From IMG/VR virus record IMGVR_UViG_3300017589_000061, positions 73,367-137,366 of that record: 64,000 nucleotides of DNA; one strand, written 5' to 3'. This DNA comes from a virus. The position numbers were made by a program, and so were the translations under genes. Within the stretch, counting starts at the first letter, position 1, and each line of letters begins with the position of its first letter. The notes under the pieces are model-generated. The model searched no databases, had not been told where the DNA came from, and worked only from the letters and a program-made list of their open reading frames with translations. This document shows, one piece after another, positions 12,377 to 25,700 of the stretch.

Positions 12377-13909
12377 ATTAAAAAGGCAATAAAAACTATG
12401 TTTTATGAGAGGTGTTAAAATGAGTAAGATATTAAAATGGTTTAGTAGCTTAAAAGATTGGCAAGTATTAGTTATTGGTTTGACGTTACTTATAGTTGGT
12501 ATAACGACAAGTCCATTTGAAGCAGGTGTTTTTATGACAATTGAGGAATATATAGAATATACAAAACTTTCAAAAATAGAACAGCAAATCGACTATATAA
12601 TTAGAGTTATTAAAGGAATTACCTTATTGATGACAGCGTTAATGGGTGGTGGATTTATAGGCGAATGGGTGCATAGAAAAACCAAATAAATGTTGCATTT
12701 TAAGTCCCAAAAGGAGAATAGTATGTTTAAATATTTAAACAAAAAACTTAAATCAATTAAAAAAACAATTATATTTTATATCACTTATTATGATAATCAG
12801 CCAAGTCTTTTAGAAAAAGCAAATTTTAAGATAAATCAAGAAAAGCCTGATTTTGCTAATCACGAAGGAGACGATTACGAGAGATAAAGTTTATAAATGG
12901 TATGAAATTCTTTATATTTAAAGAGTTTTGAGTAAATTTAAAGGGGTGATAAAATGAATTTAGTTAAAATGGCAAAAGAATTGTTGGATATACATGAAGA
13001 AATCAAATATTATACAGGATTTGGTGAATTTAAAGAAGATGAGTATGATATTTACATATTTGAACAAATGTGGGGAAATACTTCAGGTGGATTTCAAGGT
13101 GTAGGCGGATCAGCTATGACAAATCAAAATACATATGTGTTAATACCTAAGTGTGAAGGAAAGTGTTTTGTTTTCTTTGGCGGAATATTTGCTTATAAAG
13201 TTCCATATAGTCAGAAATTTATAAAAGATGTAATTGACCATAACGTAAAAGGTATACATGGTATGGGAGAGTATTTAAAAAATAACTAAGAAAGGAAAAT
13301 ATTATGGTAGACATTAAGTTTTGTAAAAAAAGTGGTTGTGACTATTACTTTAACAAAATGGATGACTGCATGTACGGAGACAAAAATTTACCAAAGGATT
13401 ATTTAAGAATATGTAAAACATCAAGGTACCAAGTTTATTTAATTGGGAAAGAAAATAAAAAGGAAGGTGAGAAAATGAATCAAACAGTTACAATTACAGG
13501 TGAACCAGAACCCTTTGGAAAGTTAATCGTTGATAAAGAAGTTTTAATTTATGCTTTATTATGGGCAACAAATATGTCAAATAAATCACCATATAAAATT
13601 ATAGAAAACATTAGATTAAATTTCGACAAATTATCTACTTATGACTTAGAATTTATATCAAAAGAAATTATAGGTAGTGGAAGTTGGAATTTAGAATATG
13701 ATGGTCAACAGTGGAAAGGATTCTTAGAAGATTTAAAAAAGGAAATAGAAGGGAGAGAAGATGACTGTTAGAGAATTAATTGAAAAACTTCAGGAATTAG
13801 ATCAAGACACCGATATATTTATTGAAGGATATGAGTTTGGTAAAATATCAACATATGATGACATAGATGAAGAAAACTTTTACGTAATAGAAGGTAAAAC
13901 GTGGAAGTA

Positions 13910-13963
13910 TTAAAAGAGGAATTTTATTAGGTAAAACGTAAAATTAAGTGTTGGAATTTCAAC
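13910..13963. repeat. Composite site: A + 22 bp + B
   Basis: TTAAAA-GAGGAA-TTTTAT; GTTGGAATTTCAAC (13950-13963). Confidence 0.85.
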
Positions 13964-14267
13964 GTTTAACAAATATAAAAGAAAGGAACATTAAATGAAT
14001 ATTGAAGATTTAAAATTTAAAGAAAGACCTATTGATAAATTACATAAAGAATTATTTGAATCATTGCCAGAGTGTAAATATTATAATTTAGGTATAAGTG
14101 TGGCGTTATCTTCTTTATATACGATAATTAAAGAAAGTAAATTAAATTTTAGTAGAGAAGAGTTATTGGAAATTATTAAAATTACAGCAGATCAAAACAA
14201 GGATATTCATTATTATTTTTATAACTTAATGGATAAATAAATTATTTAAAATTAAATTAAAAAACAC

Positions 14268-14296
14268 TTGACAATGAATTTTGGCTATGTTATACT
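14268..14296 (+). promoter_or_regulatory. SigA-type promoter with extended -10
   Basis: TTGACA-17-TATACT with TG before the -10. Confidence 0.8.
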
Positions 14297-16422
14297 ATTA
14301 AGGTAAGGAGGTGGCAAAGTGCCAATATTAAGAAATTGGAAGGTATTAGAATATTATTCAAGCGTACATTTAGAGAAGGTTCAATATTTGACAGGGCAAG
14401 TTTTTAATGACACAAGATTCGCTGATGGAACAGAAATAAGAACTTCAATATTAAAAGAATTTGGTGGTGGATTTGCAAAGACACAAAATACTACATACAT
14501 ATTAGAATAAGATTATATTAAAAAGGAGAATAAGATGTTTAATTTAGAGGAATTACAATGTATTAAAGAAAAATTTTCAAATGAAAATCTAGTCGATGAC
14601 ACAAATAATTATAACAAAACTATTGCAAAAAAATGCCAAGTATTGATAAACAAGGCTCAAAATTGCAAAGAAAAGCTTTATTCATTTTATTGGGACTGTG
14701 GTAGACAAGGAGAAGTAGAAGGATTATTTAAGGCAACAGAAGAAGAAATAAATAGAGCCATAGGGCAACAAGTATATTTTGGAGAGATACTAGGCAAACA
14801 TAGTGAAGTATATGGGACATTAGATGAAGGTGATATTACTTTGGTGTCAGATGATTCCTTGATAGTTTCAAATTCTGCCGAAAGTGGATATAACCCTTTA
14901 AACTATGTTAGATTTATATGTTCGGTTTGTGGAGAAAGACTTAGTATAGAAGAATTTGATGACTTAGAAAATATGATTTGTGATTATTGTGCTAAAGAAC
15001 AGGATCAATAAAAAAGATATAAAATAAAACTTTTATATGAAAGGAGTAAAATTTTGGATAACGCAAAAAAGTTACAACAATCCATAAAAAGAAAGACTGT
15101 GCTTCGAGAAACATTACATAATACTACAGGATATAAAGTTAAAGAATGTGAAGTAGAGTATATTGGTAAAGGATGGTATAGTTTTAATTTGGACGGAAAC
15201 GAGTTTGAATGTAAGTGGAGTAGTTCACCAATTCTAAAAGATAGAAATAAGGCAATGTTTTGGTTTAGAAATAATTCTATATTGGAACAAGCAGGATATT
15301 GTTATGAGTATGGAATAGATGTAGGTAGAGTAAAATATGCAAGTTCATTATATTTTGGATTTGGACACAGTATTATAAACTGTTTATGGGTATTGGGAGA
15401 AGTTTTAGAAAAGAAACCAAGTTATGATTATCGGTAGTTAAAATTTTAGTTTTATAAGAAGGGAGTAAATTATGGGAATGTATACAGGAATAAGATTTAA
15501 AGGATATGTAAAACCAGAATTTAGAGAAGATTTTGGAAATATTGCATTAAATGGTGAGTGGAAAAGTAGTAATGACAACACTATACGATCTTTTAGTAGT
15601 TTTTATAGGGCTTCATTTATACCATGTGGAAGTTTGTCTTATATGCCCGATGAATGGGAATCACACGACGATAAATATAAGGAATATTCGGGTGAATGGT
15701 TTGATTCTGCAAAAGATACAGATGGATTTAATAGAACATGGAATAAAGAAACAGGATATTGGACATTTCAATGCAGTTTAAAAAATTATGAATCTGAAAT
15801 TGAAGCATGGTTTGATATATTACCACACTTCATAGAAAAAATTGAACATTTAGAATATTTTTATGAAGAATGGGATTATAGTTGTAGATATGACCTGATT
15901 GATAGTGAAATAAAGTGCATTGATACAGAATTTATTAAATATGATAGGTAAATAGGGTAATAAAACTAAGTTTTTATAAGAAAGGAGAATGAGATGAATA
16001 AAGATTTGTTTTTAAAAATTGTAGCAAGTATGGGTGAAGATGATTTAGAAGATTTTTCTTATAAACATGATGGTAAAATTTATGGATTTTATGGAGTAGA
16101 TGAAGATAATTGGGAAGATGAAGGTAAATATCAATACAAAACTGAATCGGGTGTATTGATTGAAATGGATGAAAAGTATCATGAGATTCAACGTTTTGAT
16201 TATGGCGTTTCTCGTAGCGTTCAAAGAAGTGGATCATATTTTTCAGACTATTATTATGACTATGAACCATACGATGCTTATGAAATTGTGGAAGAATTAA
16301 TTCCAGAAGTTATTATTCCAGCACATACAGAAAATAAATGGAAAATATTAAACAACTAAAACACACATTTTATTAAGTGTTTTATATAGATTAAAAATTA
16401 AATTAAAAAGAGAGGTAAAAGA

Positions 16423-17346
16423 ATGAGTAAAGAATTACAAAAAAAAACCCGAGGAAACATTGCAATTACAGGTAGAATTGTCGGATTAAACAACAAAGAA
16501 ATTAGATCAACGAATTGGATAAAAGAATTGAAATTTGGCGTAATGACAACCAAAGACAATATGGTTTATGTTCAAGTAATGGGTTTTAATAAAGCAGATG
16601 ACGATGATATATTAGTTGAATTTCAAGATGAGGATAAGAAAAGAACAATTAAAAAAGTTCCATATGGTGATAGATTTTTTCTTGAAGAAGGAGAAACGGT
16701 AATAGGGACTAAGATTAAAAAATCTCCAGATGGTCAGGTTGAAGCATTCGTAGATGTAGATAGTGTTCAGGTAATAAAAGATAACTTTAAAGATGGTGAC
16801 GTTGTTACAATAGTTGCAAATGCTGAAGCAGATACATATTATCAGGGATTAAAATTTAATATCAACAGAATTTATGCAAGCTCAAAAGAGATGGATTTTG
16901 AAAAGGGCAATTTTGAAGAAGAAAATCATGGTCGATTATGGGTAGCTTTTGCTGGGATAGAAAATGAAAAAGTAAATGGATTTATATTTGACAGAAAAGA
17001 CGAAGGTGTTAAATTAGAATTTGATTTAGATACTAAATATATATCTGTTGAAGATTTTGCAGAATTTGAGCAAGGTGCGATAATTCAGTTGGAATATGAA
17101 TACGTGAAGAATCCTATCTATGAAGATGTAGAAGTTGAAGAAAAAAAGGATGAGCCAAAATTTAAACCAAAGGGCAAATATGCCAGTGAGGTTAACAATA
17201 GCGGTGGTGGGCGTAGGTTTCCACAAATTACGGGCTATACTGAGAAGTTAGTATGTACTGGTATTAGTAACTTAAATACTGAAGAAGTGATAGATTTAAC
17301 GCCTTATTTATCAATAGCTGATTCAGAAGAGGATATACCTTTTTAA
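16423..17346 (+). CDS. Putative single-stranded DNA-binding protein
   Basis: First gene of the replication module; acidic C-terminal tail EEDIPF typical of SSBs. Confidence 0.55.
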   Translation: MSKELQKKTRGNIAITGRIVGLNNKEIRSTNWIKELKFGVMTTKDNMVYVQVMGFNKADDDDILVEFQDEDKKRTIKKVPYGDRFFLEEGETVIGTKIKKSPDGQVEAFVDVDSVQVIKDNFKDGDVVTIVANAEADTYYQGLKFNINRIYASSKEMDFEKGNFEEENHGRLWVAFAGIENEKVNGFIFDRKDEGVKLEFDLDTKYISVEDFAEFEQGAIIQLEYEYVKNPIYEDVEVEEKKDEPKFKPKGKYASEVNNSGGGRRFPQITGYTEKLVCTGISNLNTEEVIDLTPYLSIADSEEDIPF

Positions 17347-17396
17347 GATTGATAAATTAAGTTAAAAGTGAGATATTATAATAAAAGGAGAATTAT

Positions 17397-18062
17397 ATGG
17401 GTGAAGAAAAAGTTTTAAAAAAGGATATTGAAAAGGAAGTTAAATTAGAGGATATTTCAAAATTAAACTTATTTTCAAAACTACAAAATGTACGTGCAGA
17501 ATTATCAAGAACAGAGTTGACAAAAAGTGCTAGAAATGACTTTAACAAATATAATTATTTTGAACTTTCGGACTTTCTACCTACTATCAACGAATTATGT
17601 GCAAAGTATCATGTTTTTACATACTGTGATATAAATTCAGACATTGCCAGAATTACAGCAGTTGATTGTGATAATCCAGAAATGGTATTTACTTTAACTA
17701 TGGATTCTGCTGAAGTAGAACTCAAAGGGATGAACAAAATTCAAGGAATCGGAAGCCAAAATACCTATATGCGTCGATATTTGTACATGGCTTTGTTTGA
17801 AATTTCTGAAACAGATGAAGTTGACGCAGATACAGGTAAATCAGAAAAATCACAAAAAGCTAAAAGTTCTAAAAAGGATAAAGCACCTGAAGATGACAAG
17901 AAAACAAAAATGAAACAATTGTGTACTTCATTATCAGCTGATGGGCGTAACAAAGATGTTGTAGATATTTTAACTAATCGTGCTAAAGTTAAAAACCCGA
18001 ATTCCATTACAGATGAAAAAATAATCGATGAAATAATTAAAGATTTGGAAGCCCTTAAATAA
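17397..18062 (+). CDS. ERF-family single-strand annealing protein
   Basis: KYNYFELSDFLP and GSQNTYMRRYLY..LF.I...D..D motifs. Confidence 0.85.
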   Translation: MGEEKVLKKDIEKEVKLEDISKLNLFSKLQNVRAELSRTELTKSARNDFNKYNYFELSDFLPTINELCAKYHVFTYCDINSDIARITAVDCDNPEMVFTLTMDSAEVELKGMNKIQGIGSQNTYMRRYLYMALFEISETDEVDADTGKSEKSQKAKSSKKDKAPEDDKKTKMKQLCTSLSADGRNKDVVDILTNRAKVKNPNSITDEKIIDEIIKDLEALK

Positions 18063-18091
18063 GGGTTTCCTTCACAACGGGAGGTGATTAA

Positions 18092-18595
18092 ATGGCTGAA
18101 AAATCTTATAAATGTCCATATAAAAATTGTGACAATTTAGGAATTGCAGTCAATCCAATTAAATACAAAAATAGATATTATTGCGAGGATTGTTTAAATA
18201 GATTAATGGATGATTTAAAACAGAAAAAAGAAGAAGATAAAGTAAAAAGACGTAATGTGGAATTACGTAAAAGGATAATGGAAACTGCACTTGAAATTTT
18301 ACCGAAAGAGATACCAAGTTTAATTAATAAGGCTATTAGCCAATGGGTCGATTTGGGTTATTCAATGGAATATATATTATACACATCAGAATACATAAGA
18401 TTAAACAAGTGTATACTAAATCATTTTTATGGGGTTCGATTTTACATGAATAAAGATGAAGTTAAAAACACTTATAAAAACTTAAAATTAAAGCACAAGT
18501 TAAAACAAATGGAAAATCAAGAGTTTGAAATAAGCGATGAAATAGTTGAGTTTAGACCAGTACAAGGAAATAGCAATTGGAGTGATTTAATTTGA
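18092..18595 (+). CDS. Zn-finger protein, possible helicase loader
   Basis: CxxxxC...CxxC; overlaps the helicase start. Confidence 0.4.
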   Translation: MAEKSYKCPYKNCDNLGIAVNPIKYKNRYYCEDCLNRLMDDLKQKKEEDKVKRRNVELRKRIMETALEILPKEIPSLINKAISQWVDLGYSMEYILYTSEYIRLNKCILNHFYGVRFYMNKDEVKNTYKNLKLKHKLKQMENQEFEISDEIVEFRPVQGNSNWSDLI

Positions 18596-19983
18596 CGGGA
18601 TATAAAGCTGAAGAAGTTAAAGTATTTGAACGAGATAATAAAGTTGAATTACCGAGAGATGATAATAGTGAAAGGGGTGTTTCAGCCACCCTAATTAGCC
18701 ACCCAACATACATATTTAAAAGTGATTTTCTTAAACCAAAGAATTTTATAAATAAAGAATTGGGGGCGATTTATTATATTGTAGGGGAGTTAACTAAAAA
18801 AGGAATAAAAGACATAGATACATTTACAATATTGACAGAAATTGAAAATAATCCACCAGTAGAAAAGATATTTAAGACTGCAAATATTAAAAATTTAGCA
18901 GAATTTTTAGATGATATACAATTATTATCAAGAAATACCGTAGAAGAATATGAATTATTAGCTAAAAACATACTTTCTGCATCTTTTAAAAGAGATAGTT
19001 ATATTAAATTACACATGATGTCTAAAGAGATTCTTGACAGCACAGAAGATATTAACACAGTTAATTATAAAATGCAGAATGATATTTCTAAATTTGCGAG
19101 TATATACATATGTAACAAAGAAATTAAAACATTGGGTGAAAGGGCAGATGAAATTTGGGCAGGTATACAAAAGAAAAGAGCAACTGGTTTTTTTGGTTAT
19201 CCAAGCAAATTTTCAGAACTCAACAAATTTACAACATATGAACCAACTGAATTAGTGTTGATTTGTGCGTCCTCAAAAGTGGGTAAATCTCAGGTATTAA
19301 TGAACGAAGCATTGCATAAGTCAGCAAATGGAATCCCTACTCTTTACATTGATACAGAATTATCTACTGAAAATCAATTTTTAAGAATATTAGCTAATCT
19401 TACTGGAATTGAAAACAGAAGAATTAAAGAGGGTAAAACAACATCAGCAGAAGAATTGCTAATACAAGAGAAAATTAAATTCATTAAAAAATTACCATAT
19501 ACACATATTTACACGCCGAACATAAATATGGATGAAGTTTTTATGACTGCTAAGCAATTAAAAATTAATTCAGGGTTACAATTCATATGTTTTGATTATA
19601 TAAAATATACTAATTCATTAACGAATGAAAAAGAACATCAAGCTTTAGGATCAATAACTGATAAACTAAAAAATGCAATTTGTGGTGAACTTGATTTAGC
19701 TGGTTTAGGTTCAGCCCAACTTGACCGACTTGGAACTAAAATAAGCGATTCGGCAAAAGTTGAAAGATACGCCTCTACAATTTGCTATCTACATAGAAAA
19801 ACACAAGAGGAAATAGCTAGAGATGGCAAAGAATGTGGGAATATGAAACTAAGCGTTAGTTTTAACAGAAATGGTGGAATGACAGAAGAAAATGAATATA
19901 TTAATTTATCTATGATTGGCGATTTATGTAGAGTGTTGCAAGCAAAAGTACCATTTACAGCAGTAGAACAACCATTCGATTAA
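18592..19983 (+). CDS. dnaB: DnaB-like replicative helicase
   Basis: Walker A ASSKVGKS, YIDTE, FDYIK, AQLDR. Confidence 0.85.
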   Translation: MTGYKAEEVKVFERDNKVELPRDDNSERGVSATLISHPTYIFKSDFLKPKNFINKELGAIYYIVGELTKKGIKDIDTFTILTEIENNPPVEKIFKTANIKNLAEFLDDIQLLSRNTVEEYELLAKNILSASFKRDSYIKLHMMSKEILDSTEDINTVNYKMQNDISKFASIYICNKEIKTLGERADEIWAGIQKKRATGFFGYPSKFSELNKFTTYEPTELVLICASSKVGKSQVLMNEALHKSANGIPTLYIDTELSTENQFLRILANLTGIENRRIKEGKTTSAEELLIQEKIKFIKKLPYTHIYTPNINMDEVFMTAKQLKINSGLQFICFDYIKYTNSLTNEKEHQALGSITDKLKNAICGELDLAGLGSAQLDRLGTKISDSAKVERYASTICYLHRKTQEEIARDGKECGNMKLSVSFNRNGGMTEENEYINLSMIGDLCRVLQAKVPFTAVEQPFD

Positions 19984-19994
19984 AGGAGAATAAT

Positions 19995-21029
19995 ATGATT
20001 AGTGGAATTGAATTAAAAAGAATGTTATACGATGAACCTAATCTAATTAAGAAACTTTTAGAAAGTTTTGGTTGTAGACACATACATAAATCAAACAAGA
20101 GGATATCTTCCACAAGACCAGATGCAGATGCTAGAAATAGAAATTCTGTAAATGTAATTCTAAATGAAACATTGAATGCTAAAATATATACAAGACAATC
20201 GGAATTTGAGCAATATGAGATTCAAGATATAATCTCTTTAACACAATTTTTTCTCAAATGTTCATTTGAAGATGCTATAAATTACATATGTTCCACTTGT
20301 GGAATTGAAAATAGTGGAACATATGTAAAACAAGAAGAAAATGAAACGGTTTCTTTTCTAAAGAAATATAAGCGAATAATCAAAAATGAAACCGTGACAG
20401 AAGATGTAATTTTAGACGATAAAATACTAGATTTATTCGTTCATGCTCCATGTAAGATATTTACCGATGATGGGGTTGATATTCTTACGCAAGAATTTTG
20501 GGGTGTGGCGTATGATATTTTAACAAATAGAGCTGTGTTCCCAATAAGAAATTACACTGGTGGGATAGTGACTTTTAAAGGTAGAACACTTGAAATAAAT
20601 TTTAAATTATTAGGAATTCCTAAATACTATGTTTATTTTGAAGTGGAAACGAGTCATATTTTGTTCGGTGAATGGGAAAACAAAGATTATATTAAAAATG
20701 CAGATTATATTATAGTAGTTGAATCGGAAAAAAGCGTAATGAAATTGTGGCAAATGGGATATAGGAATTGTGTAGCTATAGGAAGAAAATCAATTAGTAG
20801 GCAACATAGAAATAAACTTTTAGCATACGGTAAGCCACTTGTAATAGCATTTGACAATGATGTTAAAGAAAAAGAATTGCAGATTATATCAAGAATGTTT
20901 AAAGGGTTAATTCCTGTAAGCTACACTTTAGATAGATTTAATTTACTAAAAGAAAAAGATAGTCCATGTGATAATGGTTTACGTATATTTGAAGAATTAT
21001 TAGAAACAAGAATAGAATTTAAGGAGTGA
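19995..21029 (+). CDS. DNA primase (TOPRIM)
   Basis: RAVFPIRN, KGR, VESEKS, AFDND, KDSPCD. Confidence 0.8.
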   Translation: MISGIELKRMLYDEPNLIKKLLESFGCRHIHKSNKRISSTRPDADARNRNSVNVILNETLNAKIYTRQSEFEQYEIQDIISLTQFFLKCSFEDAINYICSTCGIENSGTYVKQEENETVSFLKKYKRIIKNETVTEDVILDDKILDLFVHAPCKIFTDDGVDILTQEFWGVAYDILTNRAVFPIRNYTGGIVTFKGRTLEINFKLLGIPKYYVYFEVETSHILFGEWENKDYIKNADYIIVVESEKSVMKLWQMGYRNCVAIGRKSISRQHRNKLLAYGKPLVIAFDNDVKEKELQIISRMFKGLIPVSYTLDRFNLLKEKDSPCDNGLRIFEELLETRIEFKE

Positions 21030-21033
21030 TTAA

Positions 21034-22737
21034 GTGCAAATAAAAGTTTTAAATCCAGAATTAGACACAGATAATTTTCTTGAGAATATATTTTTCAACA
21101 AAGGAATTTATGACATAGAAGGTTTTTTAAATTTAGATAAATCAGTTTTGGAAAACCCAGAAAACTATGACAATATGGAAGAAGGATATTTATTATTAAA
21201 AAATAATTTAGAAAACAAAATAGGATTGCTTGTAGACTGTGATCCAGACGGATTTACCAGTGCAAGTGTAATTTATTTATACATACAGAAATTAAATCCA
21301 TCTACTACAATACAAACATTTTTCCATAGAGGTAAAAAACATGGTTTAACAGATGAAAGGGTAGTATACGAAATATTAAAGAGTGATATTAATTTATTAA
21401 TTATGCCCGATGCAGGAAGTAATGATTATGAACAACATAAAAAATTAAAAGATAAAGGAATTGATATTCTCGTATTAGATCACCATGAAGCTGAAAAATA
21501 TAGTGAAGATGCGGTAGTTATTAATAATCAATTATCAAATAAAGTTAAAAATAAACAACTTAGCGGAGTTGGTATAGTTTATAAATTTTTACAATATTAC
21601 GACAAGAAAGAAAAAACTAAATATGCTAATGAATATTTAGATTTAGTTGCATTGGGTAATATTAGTGATTCAATGAGTACACTATCTGAAGAAACTAGGT
21701 TTTTGTGCCTAGAAGGATTAAAAAATAAAAATTTATCCAATGGGTTATTTACTGAATTACTTGATAAATATGTAAAAGATGAAGTTAACATGATGAATGT
21801 TGCGTGGAATCTAACTCCAAAGGTGAATGCTATAATACGTTCAGGAACACAGAAAGATAAAGTTGAATTATTTCAAGCTTTTATAAATCCAACAGAGCAG
21901 ATTAAATTCAAAAAGAATAGCAGAACAAAAGAAGAAATAGTTGATTTATCTACAAAGATTACGGCAATTTCAGAGCAATTAAAGAAGAAACAAGACACTG
22001 AAGTTAAAGAAGGTATGGTACTTGTAGAAGATAAAATTGACGATACAAAGAAAGTCATTATTATTGAACTAGATGACGAAGAATTAGATAAGTCATTTAC
22101 TGGTTTAGTGGCAAATAAATATGTAGCAATTTATAATCGACCTGTTATATTACTTCAAAAATCAAAGAGAAATACATATACAGGAAGTGTTAGATGCCCA
22201 GAATTAGTTTATGATATTGAAAATTTTAAAGATTTTATAAAAGAGAGTGATTTATTTATTAGCTGTGAAGGTCATCCAAGTGCCTGTGGCTGTGAAATAA
22301 AAGAAGAAAATGTTAAATTGTTTAGTGAATGGATAGAAGATAAATTAAAAGATAAAGAAGTTAGTGTTGGTGGAATTTATGAAGTTGAAGGAATAATTTC
22401 TGCCGATGATTTAGAAGAAGATTTTGTTAAAGAAGTTGGCAATTATTCAAAGATTTGGGGAACTGATTTGCTTGAACCGTTATTTTTAATTGAAGGTGTT
22501 AAGATTAATTCCAGTGACATTAAAATGGTGTTTAATAAAACAATTCTAACTTTTGAGTATAATTACATTCAATACCAAAAAAGATATTGCAGTAGGGTTT
22601 TTAGAGAACGATTAAATGTTGATGGTGATGAAGATATAGAGTTAGAATTAAACGTCATTGGAAAACTCATTAACGAAAAATATAATGGAAATAAGTACCC
22701 AAAAGTGGACATTGTAGAAGTCGAAATAATAAATTAA
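21034..22737 (+). CDS. recJ: RecJ-like ssDNA exonuclease (DHH)
   Basis: DCDPDG, HG, DAGSN, LDHH, GSVR, GH motifs. Confidence 0.88.
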   Translation: MQIKVLNPELDTDNFLENIFFNKGIYDIEGFLNLDKSVLENPENYDNMEEGYLLLKNNLENKIGLLVDCDPDGFTSASVIYLYIQKLNPSTTIQTFFHRGKKHGLTDERVVYEILKSDINLLIMPDAGSNDYEQHKKLKDKGIDILVLDHHEAEKYSEDAVVINNQLSNKVKNKQLSGVGIVYKFLQYYDKKEKTKYANEYLDLVALGNISDSMSTLSEETRFLCLEGLKNKNLSNGLFTELLDKYVKDEVNMMNVAWNLTPKVNAIIRSGTQKDKVELFQAFINPTEQIKFKKNSRTKEEIVDLSTKITAISEQLKKKQDTEVKEGMVLVEDKIDDTKKVIIIELDDEELDKSFTGLVANKYVAIYNRPVILLQKSKRNTYTGSVRCPELVYDIENFKDFIKESDLFISCEGHPSACGCEIKEENVKLFSEWIEDKLKDKEVSVGGIYEVEGIISADDLEEDFVKEVGNYSKIWGTDLLEPLFLIEGVKINSSDIKMVFNKTILTFEYNYIQYQKRYCSRVFRERLNVDGDEDIELELNVIGKLINEKYNGNKYPKVDIVEVEIIN

Positions 22738-22757
22738 GTTAAAAAGGAAGTGATTAT

Positions 22758-25700
22758 ATGGATAATTATGTTGTATATCATATACACGATGATACAAGCA
22801 ACTGTAATGGATATGCTGATTCTTGTACAAAATATGATGAATATGTTAAATTGGCAAAAAAGAATAATATGAAAGCTTTAGCTTTTTCTAATCACGGTGG
22901 AATTTATGACTGGGTTAAAAAGAAACAAAGTTGCGATAAAGCTAAAATAAAATATATACATGGTGTTGAATTATACATAGTAAATGATTTAAAAGATAAT
23001 TCCAGAGGAGGACATATTGGATTATACAGTAAAAATTGGGAAGGTGTAAAAGAATTAAATACTTTAATGTCATTATCAACAAGCAAAGGTGTTAATGAAG
23101 ATAATTCAGATAGACATATGTATTATAACCCAAGAATCACTTTCGAAGAATTGTTTAATACTTCAGATAATATTATAATTACGTCTGCTTGTTTAGCATC
23201 GCCATTATGGAAATTATATTCAAATTTTAAAGATGAAAAAGATAAACAGCAAGAAAGAGAAGAAAACTTAAACAAACTAAAAAATATATTAGAATGGCTT
23301 GGCAAAAACAACAATAGATGTTTTTTAGAAATTCAATATCATAATGTAGAACACCAAAAAGAATATAACAAATTGCTTTATAAGTGGTCAAAACAATACA
23401 ATATTCCATTGATAGCTGGAACAGATACTCATTCTTCAACAAAATATAAAGCTGAATGTAGAAAAGTTTTGCAAAAATCAAAAGATAGTTTTTATGGCGA
23501 AGAAGATGAGTTTGATTTAATATGGAAAAATTACAATGAATTAGTGGAATGTTTTAAAATTCAAAACGCATTACCTGAAGAAGTTTATTTAGAAGCTATT
23601 GAAAATACAAATAAATTATCCGATATGGTGGAAGAATTTACATTAGATAAAAGCTTTAAATATCCTACTCTTTATGGTAAAGATTCAGATAAAAAATGGA
23701 AAGATTTAATAGATAGAAAATTACAATATAAAATCGACAATAATATAATTAACAAAGAAAAAATTGATTTATATAAAAGAGATATTGATATAGAATATGA
23801 AACTATGGTTAAACAAGGAATGTCTAGTTTTATGATGTTTATGTCAGAGTTAATGGATTGGTGTAGAGAAAATAATATTCATTCAAGCCCTTGTAGGGGT
23901 TCTGTTGGTGGAAGTACAATTGCATATTTAACTGATATTACCGATGTTGATCCTATTATATGGAATACAGTTTTTGCTCGATTCTGTAATGCAGATAGGA
24001 TTTCTCTTGGTGATATAGATCAAGATTTTGCACCAAAAGACAGAGCAAAAGTTTATCAATATATAATAGATAGATTTGGCAAAAATAATGTTTCGTACAT
24101 ATTATCATTAAGTACAATACAAGACAGAGGAAGTATTGATGTTTTAGCTAAAGGATTAGATTATGATGATTTAGATTTAGTTAAAGAAATAAAAAATTCA
24201 TTTGATAAAATATTTAAAGATTATTCTAAAATAATTCAAGAAGAAGTTAATACAGAAGAATTAGAGGGTGCAACAAGTACATCACCAAACTTTGATGATT
24301 ATGAATTATATTTAAAAGTAATAAGAAATCAAGAACAATTAAAAAACTTAACAAATCTAAAAAGGCAATGGGATAAATTAAGGGCAGATAATAAAGATTT
24401 ATTTTATTATTTTGATGGTATAAAAGGAACTATTATTTCAAAAGGAAATCATCCTGCTGGTATGATTGGTTCTCCCATTACATTATTTGATAATTTAGGT
24501 GTATTTTATAGAAAAGGTGATGAAAATTTTCCAGTATCATTTTGTTCTATGAAGGCTGTAGATAGTTTGAATTATGTTAAATTTGATATATTGGGACTTA
24601 AAACTATAGGAATATTACAAGACACTTTTAGATTGGCAGAAGTGGGATGGAAATACTCACATGAGATTAATTGGGATGATGAAAAAGTATGGAAAGATAT
24701 AATAAAGTGTAATTCTGGATTATTTCAATTTGAAGGAGATTATGCATTCGACTTAATAAAACAATTTTCACCACATACAATAAATGGGATGTCGTTAGTC
24801 AATGCATCACTTCGACCATCTGGTAAATCATATAGAGACAGATTAATTAAGGGAGAATTTAACAACAATCCTTCAGAAGAAATTGATGAACTATTAAAGG
24901 ATAATAATGGATGGTTAGTTTTTCAAGAAGATACTATTAAATTTTTAACTGATATTTGTGGTTTTAGTGGTTCGCTTGCCGACACTACCAGAAGAGCTAT
25001 TGGAAAAAAAGATATTAAATTGCTAAATGAACAGTTACCTAAAATATTAGAAGGGTATTGTAATAAATCACCCAAACCGAGAGAAGTTGCAGAAAAAGAA
25101 GCAAAGGAATTTATACAAATAATTTCCGACTCTTCGGAATATCAATTTGGATATAATCATAGTACGGGATATTCTATGAACGGCTACTTGTGTTCTTTAG
25201 CAAGAACTTATTATCCAATAGAGTTTGTAACATCATATTTAAATTGGGCAGAAAATGAAGATGATATGAATAATGGTATGAAATTAATTAAAGAGTATGG
25301 GTTTAAAATTAAATCGCCAGAATTTAGATATTCTAAAGGTGAATTTTTCTTTAACAGAGAAACTCAAACCATCTACAAAGGAATTGGAAGTATAAAATTT
25401 TTAAATTCTCAAGTTGGAGATGAATTATTTTCTTTAAAAGATAACAAATATGGCTCGTTTTTAGACCTATTAATTGATATCAAAACAAAAGTTTCATGTG
25501 ATAGTAGACAATTAGACCTACTTGTTAAAATAGACTTTTTTAAAGAGTTTGGGTGCATTAAAACCCTACTGCATATCATAGATTTATATGATAAATTTTA
25601 TGGCAAACAAAGTTTATCAAAAGAAAAATTAGATGAATTAAATTTAAGTTTGGATCAAGTTAAAAAATATGGAAGAGAAACTCCTAAAAAAATTATGGAT

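Larger units (their letters stand above)
12..16359 (+). other. Array of about 45 small co-oriented accessory/early ORFs, most separated by A sites
   Basis: ORFs of 50-400 aa, mostly with SD sequences. Includes short ORFs missing from the track (1106-1276, 3647-3799, 13761-13913). Confidence 0.85.
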
